DNA of 57,487 bases, filler included, from Sphacelaria rigidula (GCA_964200075.2; 7 parts of 7 records of this genome joined end to end with filler, not necessarily neighbours in it), one strand, 5' to 3'; shown: positions 37,571 through 49,261, numbered from the whole stretch's first letter. The notes: a model not told the origin generated them from the letters alone. Numbers and translations are program-made.

Positions 37571-38230
37571 CCGCATGGAGGGTGAGCTGCATCCTGCTGA
37601 GATTGTGTTGCCCGAGGCTTGCTATTATCTTTCATATAGATGACAGCCTCGAATGAACTGCTTTATTTTCTGGCCTCGCTAGTCCAAGTGACGGCCAAGG
37701 GTTACACATACTGACGAGTACCTCACATCATTTATACATAACGTAGTACGATCATCCCCTGCGCGCGGAGTTGAGGTTCTCAACTCCAGACAGTATGGTA
37801 TAACTCGAACGCCATCACGGTTGCCGCAAAAAAACGCAAGAGGAAAAACACCCCGGCAACCTGGTTGCTGCCTAGCCTACGCAGTGAGAGGCGTGTTTTA
37901 CAACATCGTTGCCAACCGACGCCAACTCTCAAAAGTGGTGCGAGTGGGGGGGGAGGGAATCAGCTTACCCCCTTTGTTCCACCGTTCTTTCTTTTTCGTT
38001 TCTTTTTCTAGTTGTTTCTTCAGCGAGTGGGCCCGTTTGTTTACCTCAGGACCTCCACCTTGTGGCCACAGCTGAATTCCCTCGGGGATCAGGTAATGTG
38101 CGAGTAACAACCTAGTCGACCAATCGATCAACACAACTCGAAGGCTTCTATCACTAGCATACCGTTATAGGAACATGTCTTGCAAGTAGCATATGATGGG
38201 GGGAAACAATTTATTATGGCTGATGTTGCC

Positions 38231-38547
38231 GCCGCGCCCCGGTGGTGTAAGGGTCCGACTGTTGCCATTAGGGTGGTGAGAACGAGGGTTCGGTTCCCGA
38301 TGTGTTGGGTTTTTTCCTCGTGGTATCTGTTTTTCACCGTGGAAAGCGTGAGAACGTGAGTAAACAAAGTAGTTGACTGAGTTTGTTTGACGTGAGTTGA
38401 CGCGGCGCGGAAGTGCTGACACAATCCGCGAGACCGAAGTGCAAGGCGTGTACCGGGGAGAGAGGGGTTGATCCCTTGAGACCACGAACTCGTCCCGAGG
38501 AAGGGGAAGGGTTCAAAGTGCGACAAATAAGTAAATAAATAAAATAT
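38231..38547 (+). mobile_element. tRNA-derived SINE family 1
   Basis: Colinear with the other copies, with an (AAAT)n tail followed by (GAA)n and (ATAATC)n. Confidence 0.9.
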
Positions 38548-38744
38548 AATATAAAGAAGAAGAAGAAGAAGAAGAAGAAGAAGAAGAAGAAGAAAAAGAA
38601 TCATGATAATCATAATAATCATAATCATAATCATCATAATCATAATAATCATAACCAGAATCAGAATGACACATGAGCGCGTTCTTCATCACAAATACCA
38701 TGTAAATAACAGCGAAATAAATATATCCAAAAAAGTCATTCAAC

Positions 38745-39181
38745 AGCCGATCATCGAAATTGAGGATGAAGCTTTTCATTGAGGATGAGAACCCGGAGTA
38801 TTAAAATCATCGTATCCACACCAAATATTCGAAATATGGTTCCCTTCCTTAACCCACTGGTAGCTATTGACAACTGCTACACGCCCTACAAATTTGGATT
38901 TCGATAACCGCGTTGTTGGGGTCCTCGATGAAGAAACAATTTTGGGAATTTAGGTGATCCGATCGGATCACCGACTTGTCCCGAAATTGGTTTTTCACCC
39001 AAGACCCAAACACCTCGGTTATCGAAATCCAAATTTGTAGGGCGTGTAGCAGTTGTCAATAGCCACCAGTAGGTGAAGGAATGGAACGATGTTTCGAATA
39101 TTTGGTGTGGATACGAAGATTTGAACCCTCCGGGTTCTCATCCTCAATGAAAAGTTCCATCCTCAATTTCGATGATCGGCT
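38745..39181. repeat. ~437-bp near-perfect palindrome (foldback)
   Basis: The arms include an exact inverted match ctattgacaactgctacacgccctacaaatttggatttcgataaccg / cggttatcgaaatccaaatttgtagggcgtgtagcagttgtcaatag. The centre is ggtgatccgatcggatcacc. Confidence 0.95.
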
Positions 39182-39295
39182 ATTACTAACGAAAAAATTG
39201 GATTGTATCACCAACACATCTCTAATAAGTTTATTATAGCGATGAATATTTTGCAACACAGTCCTTCGTCGCCACACATCGTATTTTCTATCCCA

Positions 39296-39735
39296 TCACT
39301 TATTATCCGCCGACTCTAGCGTGGCAGTGATACCTACGCTTTTAGCCGCAATATCTCCGTAGTACGCCTCAGTACCTTCAGATGCGATGTCGCCATCACC
39401 GTTCTTCTCGGTTGCTGCTGAAACGGTGACGGCCTCCGTTGCTATAGCCGTCGAAGCAAGCCTACTACTGAAAGTCCCGTGTTCGTCTGGCAACGGCATG
39501 GTGTGCCCGAAGAAGGCGTCGCCGTTGTTGTTGTGGTTGCAGTAGTTGCAGTAGTTGTTGGAGTTGCAGTAGTTGCAGTTGTTGTTGTTGCTGTTGTTGT
39601 TGTTGTTGATGTTGTTGTTGCTGTTGTTGCCGTTATCGTTGTTGTTGTTGCTGTTGCTGCTGCTGTACATGGTACCCGAAGCATAGCCAACGCCAGCAGG
39701 CGCCAGAGGATACTCGAGGGTACCGCACACGTGAT
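39296..39735 (-). CDS. Terminal exon of a low-complexity (N-rich) protein
   Basis: Acceptor ttcctccccgcag, phase 1, open frame to TGA. Phase matches the upstream exon. Confidence 0.7.
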
Positions 39736-40303
39736 CTGCGGGGAGGAAGCATCCGCGAGGGGGAAACGGAAAAGGGAGGAGCGGTTTGCCAATAATATTA
39801 ATTGGAGTAAACAGCACAATTCATCAGTCGTCCTTGCGCTTAACGTTTGCCCACTTATTTCAGACTCCAACAAGGCAGCGATCAAATGCATCTATGAACC
39901 ACAGAAACCATAGACTCCTCTCCGACGGGTGAAGTTTGCATCCATGTTTTGGGCTGGCAATTAAACGAGTTCGCACGGTCGTTTCTTTCCAACCCATTCT
40001 CACTTCCTTCTCGATTACATTTGGAGAAAGCCGGTGATAAGGGTGTGCGACTAAAGTCACACAAAAAGAATGATCCTAGACAAGGTATACACTACAAGGC
40101 CAAACTTAGCTCCTGAAGACCAGAAAAGGCCGAGCGCGTACGTAACCGTGCCGGCGCATCCGAGTGGTTTTCTACACAGGAGTTGGTTGTTCGTCACATT
40201 CAGCTCGGGGTTCTTCGACAATCAGGGGGGTGGACCCGCCATCCCTCACGTATATTGCAGGTCTCTCACGTATATGTCGGGTCTCACAAACAGATTATGT
40301 TAC

Positions 40304-40889
40304 CTGCTGCCAACCCGTTGCAACGCTGGGGCGGCTGGGCACCATCATCGAAAGGCGCGGGCAGAGGCAGACAATGCTGCAGGGAAAAGGTGCTGAAGTC
40401 CTCGACTTTGGCATGCCCACCGTGGGGAACGTTTTGTTGTTGATTGTGTGGGTGGTGTTGTTGCTGCTGCCGCTGTCGTTGTTGTTGTTGTTGCGGTTGT
40501 TCATGGCGGCCTTGCTGTTGGTGATGTTGCTGCTGGTGGTGGTGCGGACGTTGTTGCTGCTGCTGAAGATGTTGCTGCTGTTGCTGCAGACGTTGTCGTT
40601 GATGCTGGCCCTGCACCTGTTGCTGCTGACCCTGCACCGGCTGCTGCTGACCCTGCACCTGCTGCATCGATGGCGCTGAGTACGACTCTGTGTGTGCAGC
40701 ACTATCACCAGCATGTCGAAAATCAGCCTCAAGACGGTTACGGCCGTCGATGGCACCGTCGGCGGCAACGGGGCGATCAAACAACTGCCTGGGCTGAAAG
40801 GTACCACCACCTACTGCAGTGACAGCACTACTGCCATCTGGGAAGCGGGTTGCCTTCGTCACCCGCGAGTAGTCGTGCGCGGTCCGTGC
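40304..40889 (-). CDS. Penultimate exon of a Q/H-rich protein
   Basis: Open frame with a long mixed-codon polyQ region. Donor G|GTAAC in phase 1 joins 39735 to rebuild GAT (Asp). The acceptor at 40890 is plausible. Confidence 0.7.
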
Positions 40890-40994
40890 CTGTGCATATG
40901 TATGACATACGTCGAACGCACGGCATGCGGTATGGGTCGACCGGGAAGGAAGATAGAGAGAGAGGGGGGGGGCTCGACATTATCATTAATGTTA

Positions 40995-41025
<31 letters not shown>

Positions 41026-41035
41026 CATTATTATT

Positions 41036-41135
41036 NNNNNNNNNNNNNNNNNNNNNNNNNNNNNNNNNNNNNNNNNNNNTTAATTAATTAANNNNNNNNN
41101 NNNNNNNNNNNNNNNNNNNNNNNNNNNNNNNNNNN
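41036..41135. other. Artificial contig-join spacer
   Basis: N44-TTAATTAATTAA-N44. Confidence 0.99.
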
Positions 41136-41468
41136 GGTCTTCCGTGCAAGACAGATATGCCACTTCAACCCCATATTTTGTATGAACCCCAAAGTAAAAT
41201 CGGCTGTTAACAGGTGATTGCCGCCAGTACGCTCTACCCGCATTGTTCCGCGATGCACTGAGGTTTTAGCCAGCATGATGAGCAAGTATCTACAGTGTTC
41301 ATAGACTAGAAAATACACTCGCTGCTCAGCTGTCTCGCGTCGCACGTTATTTACGTACGCTGCCCGTGTAACCTAGGGCTGTCGGGTACGAAGTGCGGAT
41401 AACGCGCACCAGCCGCGAAGATGGCTCCATGAATCGACCCTTTCTTCATCGCACTGGCGATGTCCTTG

Positions 41469-41681
41469 GTGTAATGCGTGAGAGGACCGCGTGCTTAGAG
41501 GACCGCGCCTTAGTTCAGAACATTTCAGGAACGATGTTTTTCAAAACCAATCGGGCCAGTCCCTACAGGTACCACGCCCCTGACCGTAACCCCAACACTA
41601 ACCCTAACCCTAACCCTAACCATGGGGATGTTCGAATCCCGATGCGATCCTCTAAGCACGCGGTCCTCTCACGCATTACGC
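41469..41681. mobile_element. MITE with internal (CCCTAA)n
   Basis: TIRs gtaatgcgtgagaggaccgcgtgcttagagga / tcctctaagcacgcggtcctctcacgcattac, with internal ctaaccctaaccctaaccctaacc. Confidence 0.85.
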
Positions 41682-41814
41682 TTGGCACACAACTATTTTT
41701 CACGGCTGTAGGAGCTGCGAGGAAGAAGGCCACTACTCTATATCTAGTCCCAAAGGCTACAGCATCGTGATACTGCTCCCGCGTGCTTTAACTTTGCACC
41801 CCACCATGTCTTGA

Positions 41815-42670
41815 GCGGTGGCTACGGACTGTGTGAGTATTTTGCAGCTGCTGTGTGGTCGATATGAGGCACATGGAGCGAGCCCGGATAGGTATTGCAC
41901 TTGCTGGACTTGGACATACAGTAGCTTCTGACGTTCAACTCCAGTCGGGTGGCGATATTGTTTGACACTGTGTGTAGCAGGCGCGTTTCTTATCCCCTAT
42001 GACACCGTTTGCAGCACCGATAGCTTGAATGATGGCTACGGGCTGTGTGCGTGTATTGCAGCTGCTGTGGTGTCGATACAACTCATATGGGACGAGCCCA
42101 GACGGGCATTCCACTCGCTGGAGGTGGACATAACTTATGTCCAACTCGCGACTTGGACATAAAAGCTTATTATGTCCACCTCCAGTCGGGTGGCGGTATT
42201 TTTGGGTACAGTGAAGCAGGCGCGTTTTTCGTCTTGTACGAGGCCGTTTACGCCGTGCGATGGCTTGAATGGGGGCTACGGACTATGTGAGTGCATTGCA
42301 GCTGTTGTGGTGTTAATGCAAGGCACATGGGACGAGCACGGACAGGTATTACAATCGCTAGAGATGGACATAAGCCATATCCAACTCGCGATTTGGACAT
42401 GGTGTATGTCCACCTCTAATCGGTTGGCGGCAATGTTTTACCCTGTGCAGCGGGCGCGTTTCTCGTCCGTTACGACGCCGTTTGCACCGTGCGATGGCTT
42501 GAACGATGGCTATGGGCTATGTGAGTGTATTCCGGGTGTTGTGGTGTCGGTGCAAGACACATGAGACGAACGCGGGCGGCTGGTCAAATTTCCAGCTGGA
42601 GGTGGACATGAGTTATGTCCAAGTCGCGACTTGGACATGAGTTACGTTCAAGTCGCGACTTGGATATAGC
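41815..42670 (+). repeat. Satellite, about 3.7 units of 214-240 bp, with a palindromic core
   Basis: gctacggrct anchors at about 41821, 42035, 42275 and 42509. Core tatgtccaactcgcgacttggacata. Confidence 0.85.
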
Positions 42671-42734
42671 ATTACCCTAGATTTTATTGCACACGAATTA
42701 TTGTTCAGCGGCCACTCTCGAAACCTTACACGGT

Positions 42735-42985
42735 TAGGACGAATCATCACGGGTTCGAATCACCAAATCCACGATGTTTTCGGCCTGATTGCCCGAGAGG
42801 GGAAAGAAAGTTGACCGCTGGTCCCAGGAGTATTCACGCAACTTTTGCGCCATTCGTCGTGTCTGGGCTGCGTGTACCTGGGTTACAACGCTGAAAACAA
42901 AGCCTAGGGATTGATTCGTACGATTCGAATCAATCACACTAAAACCAAATAATTTCCAGTCGAATCATTGATTTGTCCGACCCCC
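42735..42985. repeat. Interspersed repeat, reverse copy of 55262-55530
   Basis: acctgggttacaacgctgaaaacaaagc matches the reverse complement of gctttgttttcagcgttgcaacccaggt. Confidence 0.8.
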
Positions 42986-43346
42986 CAAACTCTAGAGCCC
43001 AGTGAATCTGAAAAGTGGGCTAGGCCCCCTCTCTGGGGGGTGATCCAAAGTGTCCAAGACGTGTGCTGGCGACTTTCTCTGTTTGAGGGTCAAAACGTGG
43101 GTCGAATTTCCCAAACATGAACAATCCGTGGGCCCAGAGTCTGTGTGCCATGACATCCGACCTCGTGAGTATGTCTAATACGACCCAATACCCGTCATTC
43201 TTGTACGTCGGTGAAAGTAATGTTAATCCGGATTAGCACTTTTGTGATTTGTGAACAAGCGCGTTCGTACGATGTTCTTTGCTTGCAACAATGCCTGAAA
43301 GTGGCCTCTTCGCAGAAGGTCCAAAACGCCCGCCCTCCCTATCGTT

Positions 43347-43462
43347 CGTAATGAGCGCCAGAACGTTGGAGGTACCTCTATTAGAAGTAGGAACGGTGGT
43401 CCGTCTCAAAAGGGATGCGTGGTCAATGGTCGAACGACTAAGGTAAGCAACAAATGAGTACG
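43347..43462 (+). mobile_element. LINE family A 3' end (116 bp) with a degenerate duplication
   Basis: Encodes RNERQNVGGTSIRSRNGGPSQKGCVVNGRTTKVSNK*. Flanks are ccctccctatcgtt (43333-43346) and tcctccccatcgtt (43468-43481). Confidence 0.85.
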
Positions 43463-44064
43463 CCCCCTCCTCCCCATCGTTGGATGACTCCGAGGTGGCG
43501 CTTTCGGAAAAGAAGCAGCCTAAAACCCCCACCCCCTATCGATGGATGGAGTTCAAAAGAACCCCTTGGCAGAACAAGTGACCGAAAACACCCACGCACC
43601 CCAGGGGTGTATGAGTCCGTTTACTGTTTGCTCGCTACATAGATTGCGACGACCGCAGACGTACGCCACGCACGTTTCCCTCCTTGAGCTAGCTCCTGAC
43701 TGCGCATGCATGATGATGGTGTTTGCTGGTGTCCCTATCGTTGGATTACTCCAAATTGGACTGCTGCCGAGATAGCCCCCCCCCGAACCGGACAAAAAAG
43801 TGCACGGAGGCGATGATCATAAAGGCAGTTAAAGCTGGTTCCGTGCTGCACGACGCGACTTATTTGGGCGTAATAGCTAATTTCGAACTGCTCCACGCCT
43901 CTCATGTGGGCGAACTTGCTGGAAACGAGCCCAATGGTGGGATCGCAGCCGTTTTGTCGCGCCGTCTCACGTGCACTTTTTTGGGGGGGGCTATATCGGC
44001 ATGACTCATTGGCCCCTTAGTAGAAGTAGTGGCACAAAATACCCCCTCCCCCACTATCGTAAGA

Positions 44065-44606
44065 ACCTCACAAGAACATTTTACGTATCGTATAACAGTC
44101 CTGTTTCGCCATCTGTAGCCACCATATATATATATATCCTAGTATGGCCGCCGTTTCCTCCCTACTGTCTATCTGATGCATCAAGCGATTTCATGCCACA
44201 TTCCTAAATGTCCCGCATTTCCCCCTCTTGCGTGTCCCGTTCCTCCCCGCATAGTTCGCGTTCTGCCTCTATATAAGTTCCGCTCTCTACTGTTTTGCCA
44301 CAGGGGCAATCTTGTGCATCTAATTCCTCCTCATCTTTACTACTGGTATATCTCTTTCTCCTTTCTGGCAGGTCCAGGTCCTCCACCCGAAATTGCAGTT
44401 CCAATTTCTTCGCGTAGTCCTTCGGGCCATGCAGATATATTTTCATCCCTATCCCCTCCCTCAACCCCCCGCACATCTTCATATGCTCTTTCTCGTCTAC
44501 TTTGCGTATGGGCATTCCGTTCCCCCTTATTTCTGCCATGTCTCTTACTTTTGTCCTATACCCTCCACATTCACCTTTGGACAGTTCGTCATTGGTTCCT
44601 CCTATT
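44065..44606 (-). mobile_element. LINE ORF2 C-terminal fragment
   Basis: DLDLPERRKRYTSS..CPCGK, homologous to 48910-49261 and 26100-26630. Confidence 0.88.
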
Positions 44607-45080
44607 TGTGATAAGGCTCAGAAGCGTTGCGAGATATTCTCAGGATATGCGGGTCTGGTCGTAGACCGTGGGTTCCGTGACGCTTTGCACCGCGCTCATT
44701 GTTATCATGATGGCGAGATGATACACAATGTAGGCGAGCCGCGCCCCCCACCTTGGACACTTGTTGGCTTACCGTGCTCGCTTGCCTGGTTCCTCCTGCT
44801 ACTCTGGCACCATCACCATGATCTGCTCCTACGAGTATGGTTGCGCCACAGCTATACTGAGCTAGCTGCATTTAGGTAAAATATAAGCCATCAACATGTG
44901 AGTCTCTGTTCTCCCATGCAGGTACACATGATAAGTATTATTGCGTGATTGCATGATGGAGGAGCTGAGGTCTGTACGATGTGCCCACGTGGGAGCTTGG
45001 ATAGCTGTAACCATGGTATCCCCTGGTACTCGTAGTGAGAGACCCCAGCCAATGCATGAGCTTACTCCATCTTCATCACA
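44607..45080 (+). mobile_element. Probable LTR (474 bp) without a matching target-site duplication
   Basis: TGTGAT...ATCACA inverted termini. The first ~155 bp are nearly identical to the reverse complement of 46930-47084. Confidence 0.65.
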
Positions 45081-45206
45081 TTACCATGATGGTTGCGCTA
45101 TCTAGCTAGATACAGGGGAAAGGATACACCCAAGAGGAGGAGAGAAGGAGTAGTAGCCAACCTCTATGAAGTTTTTGAGGAATAACGCTGCTAAACACCG
45201 TAGGGA

Positions 45207-46136
45207 CAAGGGGCAGTGGAAAACAAAATTCGGGACACGTAGCCCCCCCCCCCCCCCCCCCCCCCGGAGAGCATTTTTTCGAAAATTGTCACGATTTTCG
45301 ATTTTTTTTGTCAAGTTTGCCACAAGGAATTGATCACTAAACACTGTTTTGATTATTTCTGTTGATTTTGTGACAAGAAATGTATCACTGAACGCTGACA
45401 ATAACCGAAAAGTCTGATGGGCTTTGTGGGGTTCGTAAATCTGCTTCTGCTCCTTGCCCATTCTGTCCCGATGACCTCAGATGCTGAAGGGCGTTTTTTC
45501 GACAATCAAAAGTATCCTGATTTTATTTTTTTCTCCTGTTAAATTTTTTGCAAGAAATTGATCAATGAACCTTGACAAAATCCGAAAAGTTTGGTGGGCT
45601 TTGCGGGGTGTATGTTTGCTTCTACTCCTTTACATATTTATATAATATATAATATAAGGATCGTATATATTTTAGCACATATGTTTTCATATAAAATACA
45701 TAATATAGTATATACTGCCCTTTGATGAATATTTATATATAAATATATTGTATATAATATAAACAATATAGTATATATTAAGGAGAAGAATACGTATAAT
45801 ATAGATCAATAATATACACACATATATATGAAATATAATGTTCGATATGTAATACATGAACTATAAATATGAAACATAATACTATGATATATAATATATG
45901 AAATAGAATATATGAAATAGAGTATGTCATATATAATGTATGATGTATAATATATCATAAACAATATATCACATATAATACAAAAGGATCTCTACTGTCT
46001 ACGGCAGCTGACCGCATCCGCCAACGCTTCGGCAAAAAACCAGGGGACACACGGCTTGGTGTCCCCCCCCCTGAAAAACTCGAATTTTCAATCTTGGGGC
46101 CTACGTTTCCCGATTTTTTTTCTCGACTGCCCCTTG
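45207..46136. mobile_element. Non-autonomous DNA transposon (P- or hAT-like), 930 bp
   Basis: CAAGGGGCAGT...ACTGCCCCTTG termini within ~38-bp imperfect TIRs, 7-bp flanking duplication gtaggga/ataggga, and an AT-rich interior. Confidence 0.8.
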
Positions 46137-46291
46137 ATAGGGAAAACATTCTGTGATATTCCGACCGAAAAAGGGGAGAAAAGGCTACGAGAGGAGAAAC
46201 AAAACAGCGAGGGGCAAGCAGGTTTAAGACAAAACCGTTGTTGCGTCGATCATGTGTACACATTAGGTGAGATCATTCAAGGTGGGGGGGG

Positions 46292-46332
46292 CGTACTCAT
46301 TTGTTGCTTGCCTTAGTCGTTTGACCATTGAG
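46292..46332 (-). mobile_element. LINE family A 3' end (41 bp) with a 10-bp duplication
   Basis: Flanked by aaggtggggg at 46279-46288 and 46333-46342 (CCCCCACCTT on the element strand). Confidence 0.85.
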
Positions 46333-46929
46333 AAGGTGGGGGAAAGATGCCGGGCTGACAACTTACTGTTTCTTTGTGGACATAAAAAGGCCTATGACAC
46401 AATATGGGGAAATGTGCCGCGTGAAAAAAGATGTGGGAAACTGGGATCAGAGGAAATTATTGGAAAACGATGAAGATGACAGAGTGTGCGAAAGGCGCTA
46501 TGATGCTCGACGGGGAAATAACGAAATATTTGTATATTTTAGAAGGAGGTGCACAGGGGTGCACGTTGTCACCTACTTCATTCACAGTATTTACTAATGG
46601 CCTGATAATAGTTATAGAAGCAGCGAAGCAAGGAGTTCATGTGGGGGAAGATATAGTATCAGGATTGACGTTCGCATATGATTACGTGCGGATTCAGAAC
46701 ACCAGCAGGATTGCAGAAGCAAACCGAGAAGGCGTTAGAATACACTAGGGAATGAAGAGTGACAGCAAACCTTAAAAAATGCGCGGTACTTGTCTAAAGC
46801 GAAGATAAGAAGAACCCGGTAGAGTTCAGATGTGGGGAGAAGAGTGACTGCCGATCGTAGACCAGTATGCATACCTTGGCGTAGAGATCTAGAAAGCTTT
46901 TCTTGAGATGCACACATGAACAAAGTAAT

Positions 46930-47097
46930 AGTGTCCAAGGTGGGGGGCGCGGCTCGCCTACATTGTGTATCATCTCGCCATCATGACAACAACGAGCGCG
47001 GTGCAACGCGTCACGGAACACAGGGTCCACGACCAGACCCGCATATCCTGAGAATATCTCGCAACGCTTCTGAGCCTCATCACACTAGCCCCCCCTA
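46930..47097 (-). mobile_element. Truncated LTR preceded by a polypurine-tract-like sequence
   Basis: Minus strand reads agggggggctag|TGTGATGAGG..., an inverted copy of 44607-44761. Confidence 0.65.
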
Positions 47098-47099
47098 GA

Positions 47100-49261
47100 T
47101 AAAGTACAGTAGGATGGGAGGAGTAACCTAAAGCTCGAAAGGAAGCAAAACATATTACACAGAAGAGAAGTGAAGAATTTTGGGAAGGTGTAGTAAGAAA
47201 AACAAATAAATAAACATTTCAATGGCGGGATGATACAAGTGTTGGTAAGGATAAAAGGGATCATGCGATAACAGGCAAGAAAGATAGACAAAGGCGTAGT
47301 CACACTACGGGCACAGAACGGTAAAATGGCCAGCAGTTCGAAGGGGAAGAGAGAAGTGATGGTCGAGCACGACCGTAAACTAGGAAAACCAAATACTAAC
47401 GCGAAGTTCGACAAGTATTCGGGAAAGAGATCAGAGAGTGGGCAGAAGAAAAATATAGAGACGTCAAAACGGGAGGCTAGTGGCTCGCAAGAATTGCTGA
47501 GAGAGTTTACCAGAGATGAAGTTAAGGAGTGCGTAGCTAAACTCTAGACCAAAAAGGCAGCAGGGGTAGACGGAATAGTGTTGGGGGGGAAGGAGTGATC
47601 ACCATGATGGTTATGCTGTATAACTGGATATGGGAAAACGATTACACACCCAAGAGGTGGAAAGAAGGAGTAGTAGTCAATATTTTTCAAAAGGAGACAA
47701 GACTGAATCAGGGAACTATAGAGGAATAACGCTACTGAGCACGATAGGGAAAACATTCTGTACGATTCTGAACGATAGAGTAGGAGCGATGCTAGAAAAG
47801 GACGAAAAAATCAGCGGGGGACCAGCAGGTTTCAGACCAAACCGTAGTTGCGTAGATCATGTGTACACACTAGGTAAGATCATTCAAGGTAGGAAATACG
47901 CCGGGTTGACAACGTACTGCTTCTTTCTGGACGTGTAAAGGGCTTACGACACAACAGTACGGAAAAATGGACTGTGGAAAGAGTTGTGGGAAACTGGGAT
48001 CAGAGGAAGGAGGCTGTGGAGAATGGTGAAAAAGATGACAGAATGTGCCAAAAGTGCCACGGTGCTAGACGAGGAAATATAACAATATTTCGATATCTTA
48101 CTTGGAGATGCACAAGAATGTACGGTATCACTGACTTTGTTCAAGGCATTTATCAATGACTTGATAATAGCAATAGAAGCAACAAATCAAGGAGTCAAAA
48201 TGGGTGAAGGTGTGATATCAAGTTTGATGTTCGCAGATGATTTTGTGGGGATATCAGGAACAGCAGAAGGATTGCAAAAACAGATAGACAAGGCGATAGA
48301 ATACACTACGAAATGGAGAGTGACAGCAAATGTTAACAAATGCGAGGTACTCGTCTGTGACGAAGATACGAAACATCCGGCAGAGTTCAAGTGGAAGTGG
48401 GGAGAAGATGAACTGCCGATCGCAGACAAGTAAACATACCTTGGCGTAGAGATCTCAAAAAACTGTTCTTGGGATGCACACATAAACAAAGTAATAGGAA
48501 GGGGTAAGGCACAGATGGGGAGGATGGACGCGATCCTCAGAGACTTGCACCTGGATACTAGGATTAAGATATGTATCCTGATGAACGTGATCGTACCAAA
48601 GCTGGAATATGCAGGAGAAGTATGGGAGGGGAACGTGAAATTGGTGAAGAAGTTAGAAACAGTACAGATGGCAGCAGCTAGGGAAATACTTGGATGCTCG
48701 AAAACAACGAGTAATACAGCACTGAGAGCAGAGTTGGGAATGCACTCACTTGAAACAAACAGAGACACGAAGAAACTGAGATGGCAGTATAGCGCAAAGA
48801 ACATGCAGATAAAGAGATTGCCAGCTACAGTTGATGAGGCTGTATGGAAGAAAAGTACGACAGGGCATGCTGGAATAAGGTGGGATAGAGAAGTCGAGAA
48901 AGTATGGGAGGAGATAGGAGGAAACCAGGAAAAAATACTGTCCATATATAAAGACGCGGGGTACAAGACAAAATTAAGAGATATGTCAGAAATAAGGGAA
49001 AAGGGAGCGCTCAGACGCAAGGTAGACGAGGAAGAACACCTGAAGATACACGGGGGATTGAGAGAGGGGGCGGAATGAGAATATATCTGCATGACCCCAT
49101 GGACGCGGCGAAAAAATTGAAACTGCGATGTCGGGTGGGGGACCTGGACCTGCCAGAAAGAAGAAAACGATATACCAGTAGTCGAAAGGACGAGGAAGTA
49201 GACAGACAGAACTGCCTCTGTGGCAAAGCAATAGAGACCAGAAGCCATATAGTGGCAGAAT
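47100..49261 (+). mobile_element. LINE ORF2 pseudogene (RT domain plus C-terminal zinc knuckle)
   Basis: GNYRGITLLS, GFRPNRSCVDHVYTL, FLDV*, FINDL, MFADD, YLGV and CLCGKAIETRSHIVAE motifs, with several stops and frameshifts. Confidence 0.95.

Larger units (their letters stand above)
45083..46929 (+). mobile_element. LINE RT fragment interrupted by a TIR element and a family A insertion
   Basis: 45083-45206 and 46137-46929 are colinear with 47600-48495 (AGLRQNRCCVDHVYTL, QGCTLSP, YLG motifs). Confidence 0.85.

Noticed and set aside
48187-49248. 353-aa minus-strand ORF
   Set aside because: It is the antisense shadow of the purine-rich LINE ORF2.
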